Assembly (NCBI GenBank): GCA_001662655.1
Contig: KV460210.1
Reading direction: 5' to 3' (one strand)
From: Pseudogymnoascus verrucosus
Lineage: Eukaryota
DNA: 64,000 nt
A program made the position numbers and the translations under genes. Every line of letters begins with the position of its first letter. Positions within the stretch are counted from its first letter, which is position 1. Positions 50,216 to 62,510 of this stretch are shown in pieces. The notes under the pieces were generated by a model. The model searched no databases, had not been told where the DNA came from, and saw only the letters and a list, made by a program, of their open reading frames with translations.

Positions 50216-50624
50216 TGCGATTTATACCAGAGAAATCAACAATGGAAGGGTAGCCATGTACAGCAGCTGCAACGCAGGCACTATGACGTATTCACGCGGA
50301 ATCCTAAGAGCTGGGTTGCTATTGTAGCAGAAAATAATACAAGAAATGTAAAATGGGAAATCAAGAGGACAGACAGGTATCAAAGAGTGGTCTGCCGTTC
50401 GCCTTCGTTGTCAGATGGGATTTTCAGTGGCGAGAATAACTGATGGTACCAAGTCCCGATTACTAAGCAATTCTTGTACATTTATCGGGACCCGCCAAAC
50501 TTTAATAGTTGAGTCACATAGTTCACAACCTATGCAAGATCGTGGCAATTTCAGATTGTGGAGGACTTGCTATCTTAAAAGTTTATATGACAATCGCCGT
50601 GGGCCCTGGGACAACGGCATCAAG

Positions 50625-51404
50625 TCATCCCCGTTTATGAGAGTCTTTCAGCTGGCCACGTTCCCCAACCGTCTTTGCGATTCCCTCACCAACCTCCGTC
50701 CCCAAATTCTCAAAGCCGTTGATGACTCCCTCCCGATCTCCCTTGCTAAGCTCCTGACTCATTTTAAATTTCCCCCCCAAACGATCAATCCTGATCTCGA
50801 TTCCGATGATATTCTTCTTCATAATCTCAATATAGGGAGACGGCGCGTCGGACACCTCCCATGGCGACGACTTATCTCCTCCAGTATAGCCCATGATCAG
50901 CGACTCGGATTGCTGAGTCAGGTCTCCGAGTTGCTTCCGTAAGAAGGAACTCGTCTCGTCCGACTGGGAATTGCAGTAGACCCTGACCTTGCCGTACACC
51001 TCTACCGCAGAATAGTTCCAGGTAGGAACCACCTTCCCGGAGTCTGGTTTGGTTTCAACGTAGAATTTAGGCGTGACATAGTGGTGGTGTGGTCCATTGA
51101 AGAGAACCAAGACTTCATCCAAGAGCTCAAGTGTATCGTGACCCTGCTCCTTTCTAGCTGCTACCGCCTCCATCAACACCTTCGCTTGCGGATTTTGCTT
51201 TGCAATATGACCCCGCAGTATTCCATTTGACAATGTTCCGTCCGCGGTCTCGGGAACATCTAATACAAAAGGAATATGACTCGCTAGGATCAAGGGATGC
51301 TGTGGTGATCTGATTGCCGTCGTCAGAATGCCCAGGGGATTCTCCCGGATCAGTTGTTGTAGAGCGGGAATATGTGCCTCCGCGTGGATCCCTCGGAGAT
51401 ACAT
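50625..51404 (-). CDS. PaiB / FMN-binding split-barrel family protein (PAI 2-type)
   Basis: MYL..H, SHIPF, GHIAKQNPQ, YVTPKFY, VPTWNY, GKFKMSQ motifs; intronless. Confidence 0.9.
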   Translation of the reverse strand: MYLRGIHAEAHIPALQQLIRENPLGILTTAIRSPQHPLILASHIPFVLDVPETADGTLSNGILRGHIAKQNPQAKVLMEAVAARKEQGHDTLELLDEVLVLFNGPHHHYVTPKFYVETKPDSGKVVPTWNYSAVEVYGKVRVYCNSQSDETSSFLRKQLGDLTQQSESLIMGYTGGDKSSPWEVSDAPSPYIEIMKKNIIGIEIRIDRLGGKFKMSQELSKGDREGVINGFENLGTEVGEGIAKTVGERGQLKDSHKRG

Positions 51405-51829
51405 TGTGAGTGTTAAAGAAATAGATAAAATTTGCGAACACTGTCCGCAGTCTAAATGTGATGCTCTGCTTCCCGAGAAGTATATTTATTCATCAAGTAT
51501 ATCACGGGACTTGCAACTTCAACTGGGTATACCTCGGGAAATACGTTAGTGTGGTTACTTTTTTAGGAAGTTAATGGGAGTGGAGCTGTCAAAGCGATGA
51601 CGCCAACTCCTACAAGGATAAAGTCTGTTTTGGGCAGTTAACTGGAGTGGGGCGAAACTATGGAGATCACCACTAACGAAATCGACACCAAGGTAATCGA
51701 AAGACTAAGTAAATAGGCTATCTGAATATAAATATCAGTATTGATGCGTAAAGAGAGCAGTAAGATTCATTTCTCCCTCTATTTTCTAATTTTTTTCTCT
51801 TGAAGCACTTTCTATTCTATGACCTCAAA

Positions 51830-53087
51830 ATGCCAGTACAAGAGCATAACCACCCCGCTACCCGAGCATTGCATGCGGATGATCCGTTAAATCTAGTAAC
51901 TGATGTCGCACCGCCAATGCATTTGTCAACGACATTCAGGTATCCCAGCGAGCTCGAGAAGCTTATCCCGTCAGAAGATCCAGTCGTGGGTTCCCATCCT
52001 TACCTGGGCTTCTTGCCCTATGGTTTAAACAAGAAACTGATAATGTGCCATCTAGGCAGAATTTGATGGGAAAAATTATGTCTACTCCCGGGAATTTGCA
52101 CCGAATGCAACGCGATTTGAAGCCATTCTATCCTCTCTTCTCCAGGGCCACGCCGTGTGCTATGCCACTGGATTGGCCGCCCTTCACGCTGCACTATTAC
52201 TCCTGAATCCTCGTCGCGTATCAGTAGGCGAAGGATACCATGGAAGTCATGAAGTAATATCAGTTATTTCCCGTCTCTCGGGGTTGCAGAAATTGGGTCT
52301 TGACTGCCCGGCAAGCGACTTAGAAAAGGGAGATGTAATCCTACTTGAAACCCCAATCAACCCACTAGGGACTGCTTTCAGTATTGAGGAATATGCTAAG
52401 AAGGCTCATGAGAGAGGTGCCTATCTTGTTGTAGACAGTACGTTCGGTCCACCTGGCTTGCAAGACCCATTCTTGTGGGGGGCTGATATAGTCATGCATT
52501 CGGGGTCGAAGTATCTTGGGGGCCACAGCGATATGTTATGTGGCGTCCTCGCAACGCAGCGTCAGGACTGGACAAAGCAGCTCTTCGAGGATCGCTTTGC
52601 CCTTGGGCATGTTATGGGAAATTTGGAGAGTTGGCTGGGTGTTCGGAGCTTGCGGACGTTGTCAATCCGTGTGCAACATGCCAGCCGGAGCTCTGCAAAG
52701 CTGATTGCGTGGCTCCACGGTTCTCTCAATGAACCGAATCCGATTCCTAACAGTGAAGCGCATGTTGTACAGGCGGTTCTTCAGAAGATTTTTCATGCGA
52801 GTCTCCAAGATGAGCCTTGGGTACGGAGGCAGATGCCGAACGGCTTTGGCCCGGTCTTTGCTCTCGTTCTGCGCAACGAGGAATTCGCTCGCGGATTGCC
52901 AAGAAAATTAGCCTTCTTCCATCATGCAACAAGTTTAGGTGGAGTGGAATCTCTCATTGAGTGGCGCGCAATGTCTGATGCCAGGGTGGATCGAAAGTTG
53001 CTGAGAGTTAGTATTGGATTGGAGGATTGGGAAGATTTGAAGAACGATCTACTGCAGGCATTCCGGTCGCTAGTGGAAGAGCAGTGA
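51830..53087 (+). CDS. PLP-dependent Cys/Met-metabolism enzyme (cystathionine gamma-synthase/lyase, YHR112C-like; intron ~51986-52055)
   Basis: DVAPPMHLSTTF, YSR, LETP.NP, VDSTF, HSGSKYLGGHSD PLP lysine, ATSLGGVESL, LRVSIGLE. Confidence 0.92.
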
Positions 53088-54080
53088 TTGTTTTTTGCTT
53101 ACTATATCGAAATCCAAAAATATGCAAGATGAACTCTCATCGCAATATAGTTATCTCAATCTTCTTATGCACCACCATACATATCTATCCACGGTCGCTA
53201 CGTAGATAAATACGCCAATTCAGCTCAACTACGGATGGGCCATATGTATAAGCTGGTCACTTGTTGGTTAATATATACCATCACCACCCCCCAATGATTA
53301 TGGCTTCATTGACTATTTTTATGCCGGCAAAGCTAAGATTCTCATCACGACCAACAACCTCCTCCGTGGTCTCAGCTTTGAGTCAGTATCGCTAGTCATC
53401 TTAGACCATATTCCAACGAATGGCCGGGTCAAAACAGATCCTGACTACGATACCTACCTGTATCATATTAGTCGTTTATTTTGTCTTGGATCAGAGGGGA
53501 AAACATCGTCTAACCAGACCGATGGACCTGACATGAACGCAGTTCGAGCCACAGGAAGACTCAAGCCAGAGATGGAACTATAAAACAAATAGCCGCAAAC
53601 CCCTGCCAGCCCCCAATCCTTTTTCCCAACTAACCATCCCATGCGCCCTAGTTCCTGAAACAGGTGATCTTGCTTCAATTGCCGACAAAAGGACACTGAA
53701 AGCTTAGAGAGATAACCCATAAGAATACTTTCTACTAAACCCCCCACAAGACCCCGTAGAAAGCCGTTGAAAGGACTATAATAGAGATCAGGGAACACTA
53801 GATATGGACTATATATGGACTTTCGGGAGACATAACAGAAGAGAAGGAAGTAAAATCATCTGGTAGACTAGTGCCCTTCAGGTTTAGAGCCGGGCGAATA
53901 GACCTCATTCATTCCATCCACTTATAACTCAGATGTAACATGATTAAACATTTCCAAGCGTATTGCATAGATCTATAAGTGACTGCACTTCACTCGGCTC
54001 AATTTCGTACTAAAAGTAGGTGCAGACTTAGTCCCTGTTCTTTCGGGGAGGTTTCAGGAGGCTAGGGGAGAAATAATATC

Positions 54081-55496
54081 TTAGAAGCACTTGCTCTTAA
54101 GGCAGTCAGGAAGAGGAAATCAGTGGCATCTCAGACGTACCACAAAATTAGGCGTGGGGCTCCAATACCAAAGGCTGACCATCGCGTTGTCGGAGTAGCC
54201 ATCAATGTACGTATCCGCGCAAGCAACAGTAAGTTGATTATTCTCGACATAGTCAGTGTATGCGATCGCAACGCCGTCTATGACGCCAGAAGTGTCATAA
54301 TTCAGTTTTTCATAATCAAGCCTGCACGAGGATTAGACCAAACTCTAGATAGCAGACATTTCGTTTACTTACTCAGACTCATCTACATCGCCCCAGTAAA
54401 TATATGCGGACCAATCAATTTCCCCATCACTTCCGTCCCGCTCTTATGTTCAGAGAGTATTAGCACTTGCGTGTTTATCAGTAATTTGAGAGTTGAGAAA
54501 ACAAGGGTCAAAACACTTACCATTGAAGTCTCCCTGATCTTGCCGTTTATTCTTTGAGGACGCGTGCGAAAGTGTAACATTTCATGTAAATTTCAACCCG
54601 CGAAGATTGCTAGCGCTGTGGCGGAAATAGTGCAAGTGGTAGAAGTTACCTGGTGTTGTAATGTTGCTAATAGCAGTAAATTCTGAAATGGGAATTAGTC
54701 TTGTTTATCAAAACTATAAAGGGAAAGAGCGAGTGCACAGGCAAAGAATCAGCACGCCACATCCAGAAAATTCCTTAGTGGGAGATGGTATGTTCTTAGA
54801 GATATATGGTAGTTGTGGACTTACTATCATGGGGAGCAGTAGCTGCCAATGTGCTTCTCAAGCTGCTGTTGACAGTTGGGATGTACCTAAAGAGCAGAAA
54901 ATCAGTAAATGCCGATTTGAGGGTAAAGTGTGGGCATAAGAGCATTGGAAACTAGAAATAGTTTGACCACAAAGTGCTTAACTCATCAAGATCAGGGATT
55001 GAAAAAAGGAGAGCTAATATTCTTACTGGGGGTCTAGAGACCACACGACTTCATCAATAGCCCGTTTTGTAGCTTCCTAGGCAAAGTAGTTTGCTGCTGC
55101 AAATGTAAAGAAGAAAAGGGCCAAATTAAGAGCACAAGCCCCTCCAGCGGTAAGGACTCCACCGATATAGCATGAACCTACCAAACTCTTTGCGAAGCCT
55201 GCAGCAATACCAGCCCAAACGGCAGCAAGGACGCCATTGTTAACACGCTTTTCGTGTTCTAGGTAGGTTGAAACGCCGGTTGGACCACGTGGTGCAATGT
55301 CAAGGTCACGAGTAGTTGCTGAAGATGGTGCGTCCCATCGGGTGATATTAGTCAATCTCAATGGAGATTCGATCTGGTCGAAAGCGAGAGATCGGAACTT
55401 CAGGTTTGGTGACATGACTTGGACATCCACAGAGGCTTGGGTAAGAGCGACGAGGGCGAAGGCCCCGACTGCTAGCAAAGGCAAGTAAGTCTGCAT
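54081..55496 (-). pseudogene. Secreted preproprotein with Kex2 sites, hydrophobic Gly/Ala helices and acidic C-terminal domain; in-frame TAG at 55079-55077
   Basis: Signal MQTYLPLLAVG..; EKR|VNNGVLAAVWAGIAAG..C..C; frame continues EATKRAIDEV after the stop; downstream exons with GT-AG signals; 3' end approximate. Confidence 0.55.
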
Positions 55497-56119
55497 GTTG
55501 ACGTGAATAATGTGAACAGGAAGTTGGAATTTTGTCTCCAAGAGAGATGCTGTCCTAAAAATGGAACCATGCTGCGTTTATATCTTCGAGGCTTCAAGGT
55601 TGAGGAATTTAATTGTTGCTTCCCTTCAATCCATGTTGGTTTCGCCGATTGGGTTGCAACTTGCAAAATGCCATTGCTGCATGAGACTGCTCGTATAAGG
55701 TCGCAAGGTTCTCATCCTTCGATAACATCCTAACAACGTACTTTGTCCCATGTGCGCAGGGGACTTGACGCTCGTTCTCTTCGGACTTAGACCGCACTTG
55801 CTGACTCTTGGCCTGGCTTCGAAATGGGTTGAACAACTTTGAATCCTAGCATAGCTGGTACTCGAGATTTCTAAAAGTATTTGCGTATATTTCACCCATG
55901 CCTATATATCCGCAACTAGCTCAGGCTCATAACTCGGCGAATTGAATGTAGTGCAATCTCGTTATCTGTACTAGGGTTATTTTGCCGGTGGTCGCCCCCA
56001 AATCCAGGGGCCTTGCATTGCGCACGGACATTCCGTCCATCAAGCTTTCTGCGAAAGCTTGATGACCCGTCAAACCAGTCTCCCACTTTCTTTGTCAACG
56101 ATTTTTCACGTCTTCAGCG

Positions 56120-56680
56120 ATGTCCAGAACCATAGAGACTACAACAGCGACGCCGCCGCAGCGAGATCCATCGCAGTCTCATGTCGTGGTATCAAGATCA
56201 CCTCGGCAGTCAGCGTTCTGTGCCATTTTCACCATGCTCATCGCCGTCCTTCTCTTCAACCTCGCCGCTTACACCGTCACCGCCATATACACTTCTCTCA
56301 CGAGCACGCCCACTGTCTTAAGCTCTACCAAACTCCGAGCAAGTGATTGCGAGTGTCCTCTCCCTCAACAGCAACAAGACTGGCTCGTCCCCGCACCAGC
56401 AATCACCAAACTCTGCTTTATAGCCAACCTGATGCTAGGCATGGCGAGCGGAGCTCTGCTGGTGGTTGCGTTCCTCTGGTGGATGACAAGTGCGTCAGAG
56501 GTGTCTATCTCTGTGAGGAATTATGCACTAAGATGGGGAATTGGGGCTGGAATCGTGGGACTTGTGTTAGTGCATATTCTGTTTATGAAGAGGTTAGTGG
56601 AGGGCGGTGGATTGGTGATGGCTGTTAATACTATTCTGGGCTTGGCTTTGACTGGATTGGTATTTGGTACAATGGAGTGA
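56120..56680 (+). CDS. Hypothetical integral membrane protein (~4 TM)
   Basis: 186-aa ORF with four hydrophobic segments and coding-like codon bias. Confidence 0.6.
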   Translation: MSRTIETTTATPPQRDPSQSHVVVSRSPRQSAFCAIFTMLIAVLLFNLAAYTVTAIYTSLTSTPTVLSSTKLRASDCECPLPQQQQDWLVPAPAITKLCFIANLMLGMASGALLVVAFLWWMTSASEVSISVRNYALRWGIGAGIVGLVLVHILFMKRLVEGGGLVMAVNTILGLALTGLVFGTME

Positions 56681-58970
56681 TCTACATTTAGGAGCTTGGA
56701 CTCGATCTAGAATTCTCTAGAGAAAAGGAGGTGTTGAGATGGCTCTTCGGGTACGATAAAACTGGCTTATTTAGACAAGCATCTAAAACCCAAAGAATCT
56801 GCATTATCCTCAACAAACCCACTCATTAGTGTATTGAACCTTTGCCACTCCCCAAACATCACCTCAGTATGTAGATTAAGCGGATTGGAACAGACAGCAC
56901 ACAATGTATGTTCCTGCCCATGAGTGGGAATAACTCATGGCTGGGCCGCAACATATATTAATTCTACAATGCCCAACTGCATTGCAGATGCGTAATAAAC
57001 CCTGACCCTAAAATCCAACTGCATCATAGGTGCCTGATAGACCCTAGCCCTGAATAATATTATCCCAATACCTGTGAATTTGCCATGGCTGTCTCGGTGC
57101 TTAGTAAGATGGATCACCATTGCGGCAACACATAGCTTTTATACCCAATGATATGAAAGCTGAAAGGACGGCAGGCGTTCTGCTAAAAATGGATTTGGAA
57201 CAGCCGCAGCCGCTGGGGGGTTTGCCATCTATGGCCATATTTGACGGCAGATTCTCCAATCAGTTAACCAGCACTTTATCCAGTGGTCCAGTGTGACTAG
57301 ACCATCGAATGGACCCTCATGGTGGGGCATTATGGTGCAATATGAACAGGGCCTACCCCGCTCCTAACAATGTGGCAGCTACAAGTAATATTTTCCCGGG
57401 CTACATCCATTAGACTAAATTGGTTCTGCTGTTGGAAATCCATGTCCCGAAGCCCAACAACATCGTGAGCATATCATACCTCTGTCTGATTCTAGTTCTG
57501 AAATCCAACACCTTTTTGAGCATCTCATACCTTGATCTGATCATAACTCTGAAATGCAACCTGCATCTCTAACAATACAGGATCTAGCCGGTATTGGTTT
57601 CAAAATCCTACTGCATGGTGAGTACCAAAATAATTTCAAGGTGTAGATCCAAAATAAAGCAGATCATCTAATGATAGTTCCGAAATCGACCAGGATAACA
57701 AACCTAACTAGATGGCTACTGGGCATAAACGACAATTATATATAGGTTAGCTGCAAAGGTCATATAATAGTAGATGGCGGTTTGAGGTAGAAATACTCAA
57801 CGCTGCCTTATGCCTCAATTGCTCACGGTTTAGGTCAATAGATTCGTACAAATAAACATACAAACCATTCTTAAGTATTACAAAACGCCCCTGTTACTAC
57901 AGACTCTGCTCGATTGGCCAGTATATAGCGCCCCTTACACAGTGCATACGGAAAAGGCTGGGGGCGTGGACACCGACCGAGATTAGGGGCCCATGAGGTT
58001 GTTGGCGATGTTGGTTGCAAGGGTGCTAACTCTGCCTAAGCAGGTATTAGGTTGAACAGGTGAAACCTCTGAGAGAATAGACCCGATATGACTTTGTTGG
58101 TAAAAACTGCAGGCCTAAATGTGATTTTTAACCGTGTATGCATGCGCGACGCGGTGCTGGATAATATCTTGCAACTCTCTAGTACGGGATACGGGACAGG
58201 GGTAAGCAGCGTTTAATCATACCAGACTACGGAGGAACACCCTGCACCTTTCTCATTGTGAATGCTCTCCGACCATTTACCCCAAACCACCAAACACCCA
58301 CCATCCACCCCTGCCATTCTTTCGGCCATAAGCCCCCACACTGTTTCGAAGATTCAGGATCGATCATGACATATGCATTTCCTTAGTATCCTAGCCAGAT
58401 CTCAACTAGGCGGGCAACTGGCGTTCGACGGGAGCTAATGGTAGTAAATCTCCGTGTTGCCCTGTGATGGAAAAGGTGGTAGAGCTTTCTGAAAGATCGT
58501 GTAAAAAACTCGTGCCCAGTGGGACAAAGACCATAATGAGATTAAGATTGACGACTAGAAGAAGTTGACAAGTCCGTGAGAAGCTCGAACGTCGTCAAAA
58601 ACTCCAAGTTACGTGAGATTCATAAATGTATGTAGTCACCGCTGCTTTATATTCTGCCACTAACTTGAACTTTTGTGTTTTTGATGTGGTAATTAAATAC
58701 TTTCGGGCATAACGTGCCTCAAACTTATGGCTCACAAATGATTAAATTGACTGGAAAATAAGATCAGGACACCCTTAACATGGTATGTAAGCTACAAAAG
58801 CCAAACTTCGGTGCTGATACAAAAAAATGGCACGAAAGTGACGCCAAATTGACACGAAAATGTTGCTTCGCCTCACCCACACTCGCTCTGGTCACCCCCC
58901 GCGTCACCCTTCAGGCTGAAAAGGGCCTCGATTCTGTTAGCACGATTGAGACCATTAATCTGATGTTACA

Positions 58971-59031
58971 CAAGCTTATGTATGGCAGAGCGGACGAGAT
59001 GCCTAATTCTCTTGAGTCTATGGTCGCATGC
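58971..59031 (-). rRNA. 5S rRNA: 5S rRNA 5' half (split copy 2)
   Basis: + strand CAAGCTTATGTATGGCAGAGCGGACGAGATGCCTAATTCTCTTGAGTCTATGGTCGCATGC aligns ungapped to 45392-45452. Confidence 0.9.
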
Positions 59032-59182
59032 GGGAGTGTGAGGGAATGTTATATTATGGTGATATGACTTATAAAAGTTGTGTGTAGAGGAGGTACTTGT
59101 AACATTACTAACAGCAGCTGGCTATCTTTATATTCAACATCGTCGTTATTCTTTGACATACGAACGCGTCCCATAATTAAAT

Positions 59183-60308
59183 TTACCTCATAGACGCAAT
59201 AATTTCTTCCGCCTGAGCAAAGCTCAACTCTCCTAGTGTCTCTTCCCAGATCTGGTCTTGGGCTATGCTCCCTTCGGCGGTGTAGAAGAAACTTGCAAGT
59301 CTACCAATAGTTGCCAGCATTAGCGGTTTTCCCAAAGCTTGTCAGAAACCTTAGGGTTTAAATTTGTTTTGGAATAGGGATTACTCACGGTGAGATTTCC
59401 GTGTTCATGAGAAAGCACCCGTGCGATTCCTTGCCATGGCCCAACAACGCATCAACATATGTAGCAGCCCCTCTGTCAACGGGTCTGCCGGTAATGGCAA
59501 GGAATGCTTTCATGGCTACTAACAACGCACCCTTTGCATCGCGAAACAGACCTGTGCCTTTAGTAAGGCCCGGGTCGACCATGTTGATCACCACATCTTC
59601 AGGTTTGATATGCTCTGCGAGCTTGACCAGAAACAGTTGAGCCAGAAGCTTCGACACGCCATATCGGTTATTGGAATCCCATGGGGTTATAGTGGTATTA
59701 TCGAAAGAAGGCAGGAGAGGGCGCTGGTGTTGATTTGAGAAGTTGCAGAGATGTGCGGTGAGAGAGTTGACGACGGTTAACCGTGCTGGATTGTCTCGGG
59801 TCGATTTAGCCTTGAGAATGGGCAGCAGGAGAATAGTAAGTAGAATTGTGCTGGTGTGGTTGACCTGAATGGTGGTCTCGTGTCCGGTGGATTGAGTTGT
59901 GCTGAAATTTGCTGGAGCGAGTCCAGAATTCAAGATCGTGTAGTCGATGCGTGAGAGCTCGGTATTGCATTTGTGGACAAAGGTCTGGATAGAGTCATAC
60001 GACTCCATGTCCAAGGGCCAGACATCGATGGTTGCGGAAGGATTGGCCAAGGTAAGTTGTGAAGCTGCATCTTTACCTTTCTTGGTGGACCGCACGGCCA
60101 CTATGAGATGGGACAGACCGAGAGTCAGGAGCTGCTTTGACGACTCGAAGCCGAGGCCAGTGTTGGAACCAGTGATGATTGCGACTTTGCCCTTTAGGCT
60201 GGGGAATTCGCTTCGAGTCGGAAGCTCAATTTTGACCTTGAACTGATTATTCCAGAAAATCTTGCCGGAATTCTTAGGCAAAGGGTGCATGTCCTTGGAG
60301 GCAACCAT
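59183..60308 (-). CDS. Short-chain dehydrogenase/reductase (retinol-dehydrogenase-like; intron ~59388-59301)
   Basis: TGSNTGLG, LDMESY, NSG, YGVSK catalytic motif, DPGL. Confidence 0.9.
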
Positions 60309-60905
60309 GTTTTCGAAATAGGGAGGGTGAGGTTTTTTATATGGATCAAACACAAGTCAATGGATAAGACAAGTTGCTGTAGGCCTGTTTATATTTGCCA
60401 GATGACAGTTATAGCTATCACAAAAATAGGGAATCTATACTACTACTTATATTTGAAAGTTTTGGTTCACCTTCGCAATTTGATTTCAAAAGTTGCGCAA
60501 GCCAGCATCACCTCAGTCCCAAAGAGGAAACCCCACGTATCTTGGCATCAACTGCACTAGCCTCAAATAGGACACCCCACAGTCTTGGCAAAGCTTCTCC
60601 AACAACTCCGCCACTTGATATCGGTGATATCGGCTTTTGTCACTCTCCATCCGTGACCTCCTGCAATCGATGCTACAAAATGGTTATTCCGATAGTATTG
60701 CCAAGTTTCTTTGACTTCCTGATTTAGTTAATCAATAGATGAATTGACTTCCTCCGGATTACGAGCGCCGATGTCAGACAGTGCCATGTCAAAACCTCAG
60801 TGTGAGTAATCCACGTCTCATTACGTGCCCTCTGCCGCCTATGACAATAGTCGTCATACTTTGCACTCTTTGCCGTGTATCTTTCGGAGTTGGGCTGAGT
60901 TGATC

Positions 60906-62510
60906 ATGATAGATGCCGTCGGATTTCATTTCGTCGTTAGCACGCCCACCCAGACCCAGGACAAGCACGTTCGGAGAGCCATTAGGAGTCATGCGACAAA
61001 GGCCGGTGGTGGAGCACGCCGACAGGACGCAAAACTGCGATCTTGGATATCTCCTAATCGGGAGCTTGGATCGCTCAAGCTAGCTATGCCTGGGGAGGCA
61101 CCAACCCCAGCTCCCACCTTATCTGTATCGAGTCCACGGCGGATTGGCTCAGATTTCTCGGGACTACAACTACCGCTAGGAATAGAATCTCACATGATTC
61201 AAGAGCTAGTAAAGTGTATGTAGAGTCTCCGTGTGCCTTGTACTCCCTAACATATCAAATTGAATGACAGATATATCGAAGAGGACCTAGCTAAGTTAAC
61301 TCTTAGTGATTGATATCAATAGTCATGGAGTTTATCCCTACGAGATTTGCCTTGACGTTCACCCAGTGGAGAGGGGCTGGTTTCCATATATGATCAGCGA
61401 CCTGTGCTGCCTTCATTCAATGATGTTCTCGATTCAGGCTTTTACCGATGGGGGTTCGTATAACCAGCTGAGTCGCCGTGCCTGTCTCCATTATGCCAAA
61501 ACCCTTCAGCTTCTTCAGGCTCGTCTTAATGAGATTGATCAGACAGTTGCGACATCTGATACTACGATTATGGTTGTGTTCTTTCTGGCCTCAGCTGCAG
61601 AGCTTATGGAGGATTATGCTACAGTGGAAAATCATGTCAAAGGGTTAGAAAAAATCGTTAACCTAAGAGGTGGAGTTCAGGCGCTGAATACGCACAATAA
61701 TATGCAAGCCAAGGTCTGTCGGTGGGTTTTCCATCTATATTTACCAATTACTGTGATTTGGGTATAATATTGATATGACATAGCGCCGATTTGTCGTATG
61801 CCTTACTGTCTGGGAAACAACCACGTCTCTTCAGGGACGAAATTCAATGGAGCTGCTTCATTGCGGATCGCAACTTAACTCAATGCAGCCACCAGCCACA
61901 TGATATTTATGTACATGCATTTCTCGGGGCTACAGTGGACAAGAGATTACATAACGCCTTGAGAGACCTCCACGCTTTCTCTTGTATCAGCAATCTCGCA
62001 TACCAGACTACTCGAAAGCTCTCACCAGAAATCTATAATGAGATAATGATTTCCATCCTCTATCGACTCACAAACCTGTCATTTGAGAGCGACCCATTCC
62101 AGGAGGCGCTTCGAGTCGGCTTGCTAGCAGTTTCTTCGACCCTCTTTATGCAGCGGCAATTTATGGAAAATCCTTACGATCACCTATTGAATCTGCACCG
62201 CAATTCATTATGGAAACTGCGCGAATCTACTGACATTGGTATTCCCGTACCTATCGTGCTTTGGTTGACAATGTTGCTACACGTGGTGGAGAATAGGGAG
62301 CCTTCTTCTTCGCCGGACTGGCTTAGTGTTTGGCTTGACGAGGTTATTTTTCGCGCTGGCATTGATTCATGGCACCAAGCGCACGAGATACTGCGATCTA
62401 TGGTGTGGGTAAATTTTGTCCATGAAAGTTGCGGGATGCTAGCCTTTGAAGCGGCTATGCTTCGGCTGGAAAGAGGAGCGGGATCTGAAGTCGAAAAAGC
62501 TTCTTCATAA
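60906..62510 (+). CDS. Fungal_trans_2-like putative regulator without Zn cluster, 3 exons, divergent from the SDR
   Basis: FHFV...VRRAIRSHA N-terminus; HY.KTL.LLQ.RL; HVKGL.KIV.LRGG; KVCRADL. Confidence 0.8.

Larger units (their letters stand above)
48231..58970. mobile_element. ~10.7-kb second 5S-inserted Starship-like element, left terminus apparently deleted
   Basis: Lies between 5S 3' and 5' fragments; 5S resumes at CAAGC (58971) as in element 1; terminal 34 bp match element 1's right end at 26/34. Confidence 0.7.

Noticed and set aside
39458..58970. Autonomous transposon (DDE transposase or DUF3435 captain)
   Set aside because: No such ORF recognisable in either insert
48409..62510. 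Secondary-metabolite biosynthetic cluster
   Set aside because: No PKS, NRPS or terpene synthase backbone gene in the window
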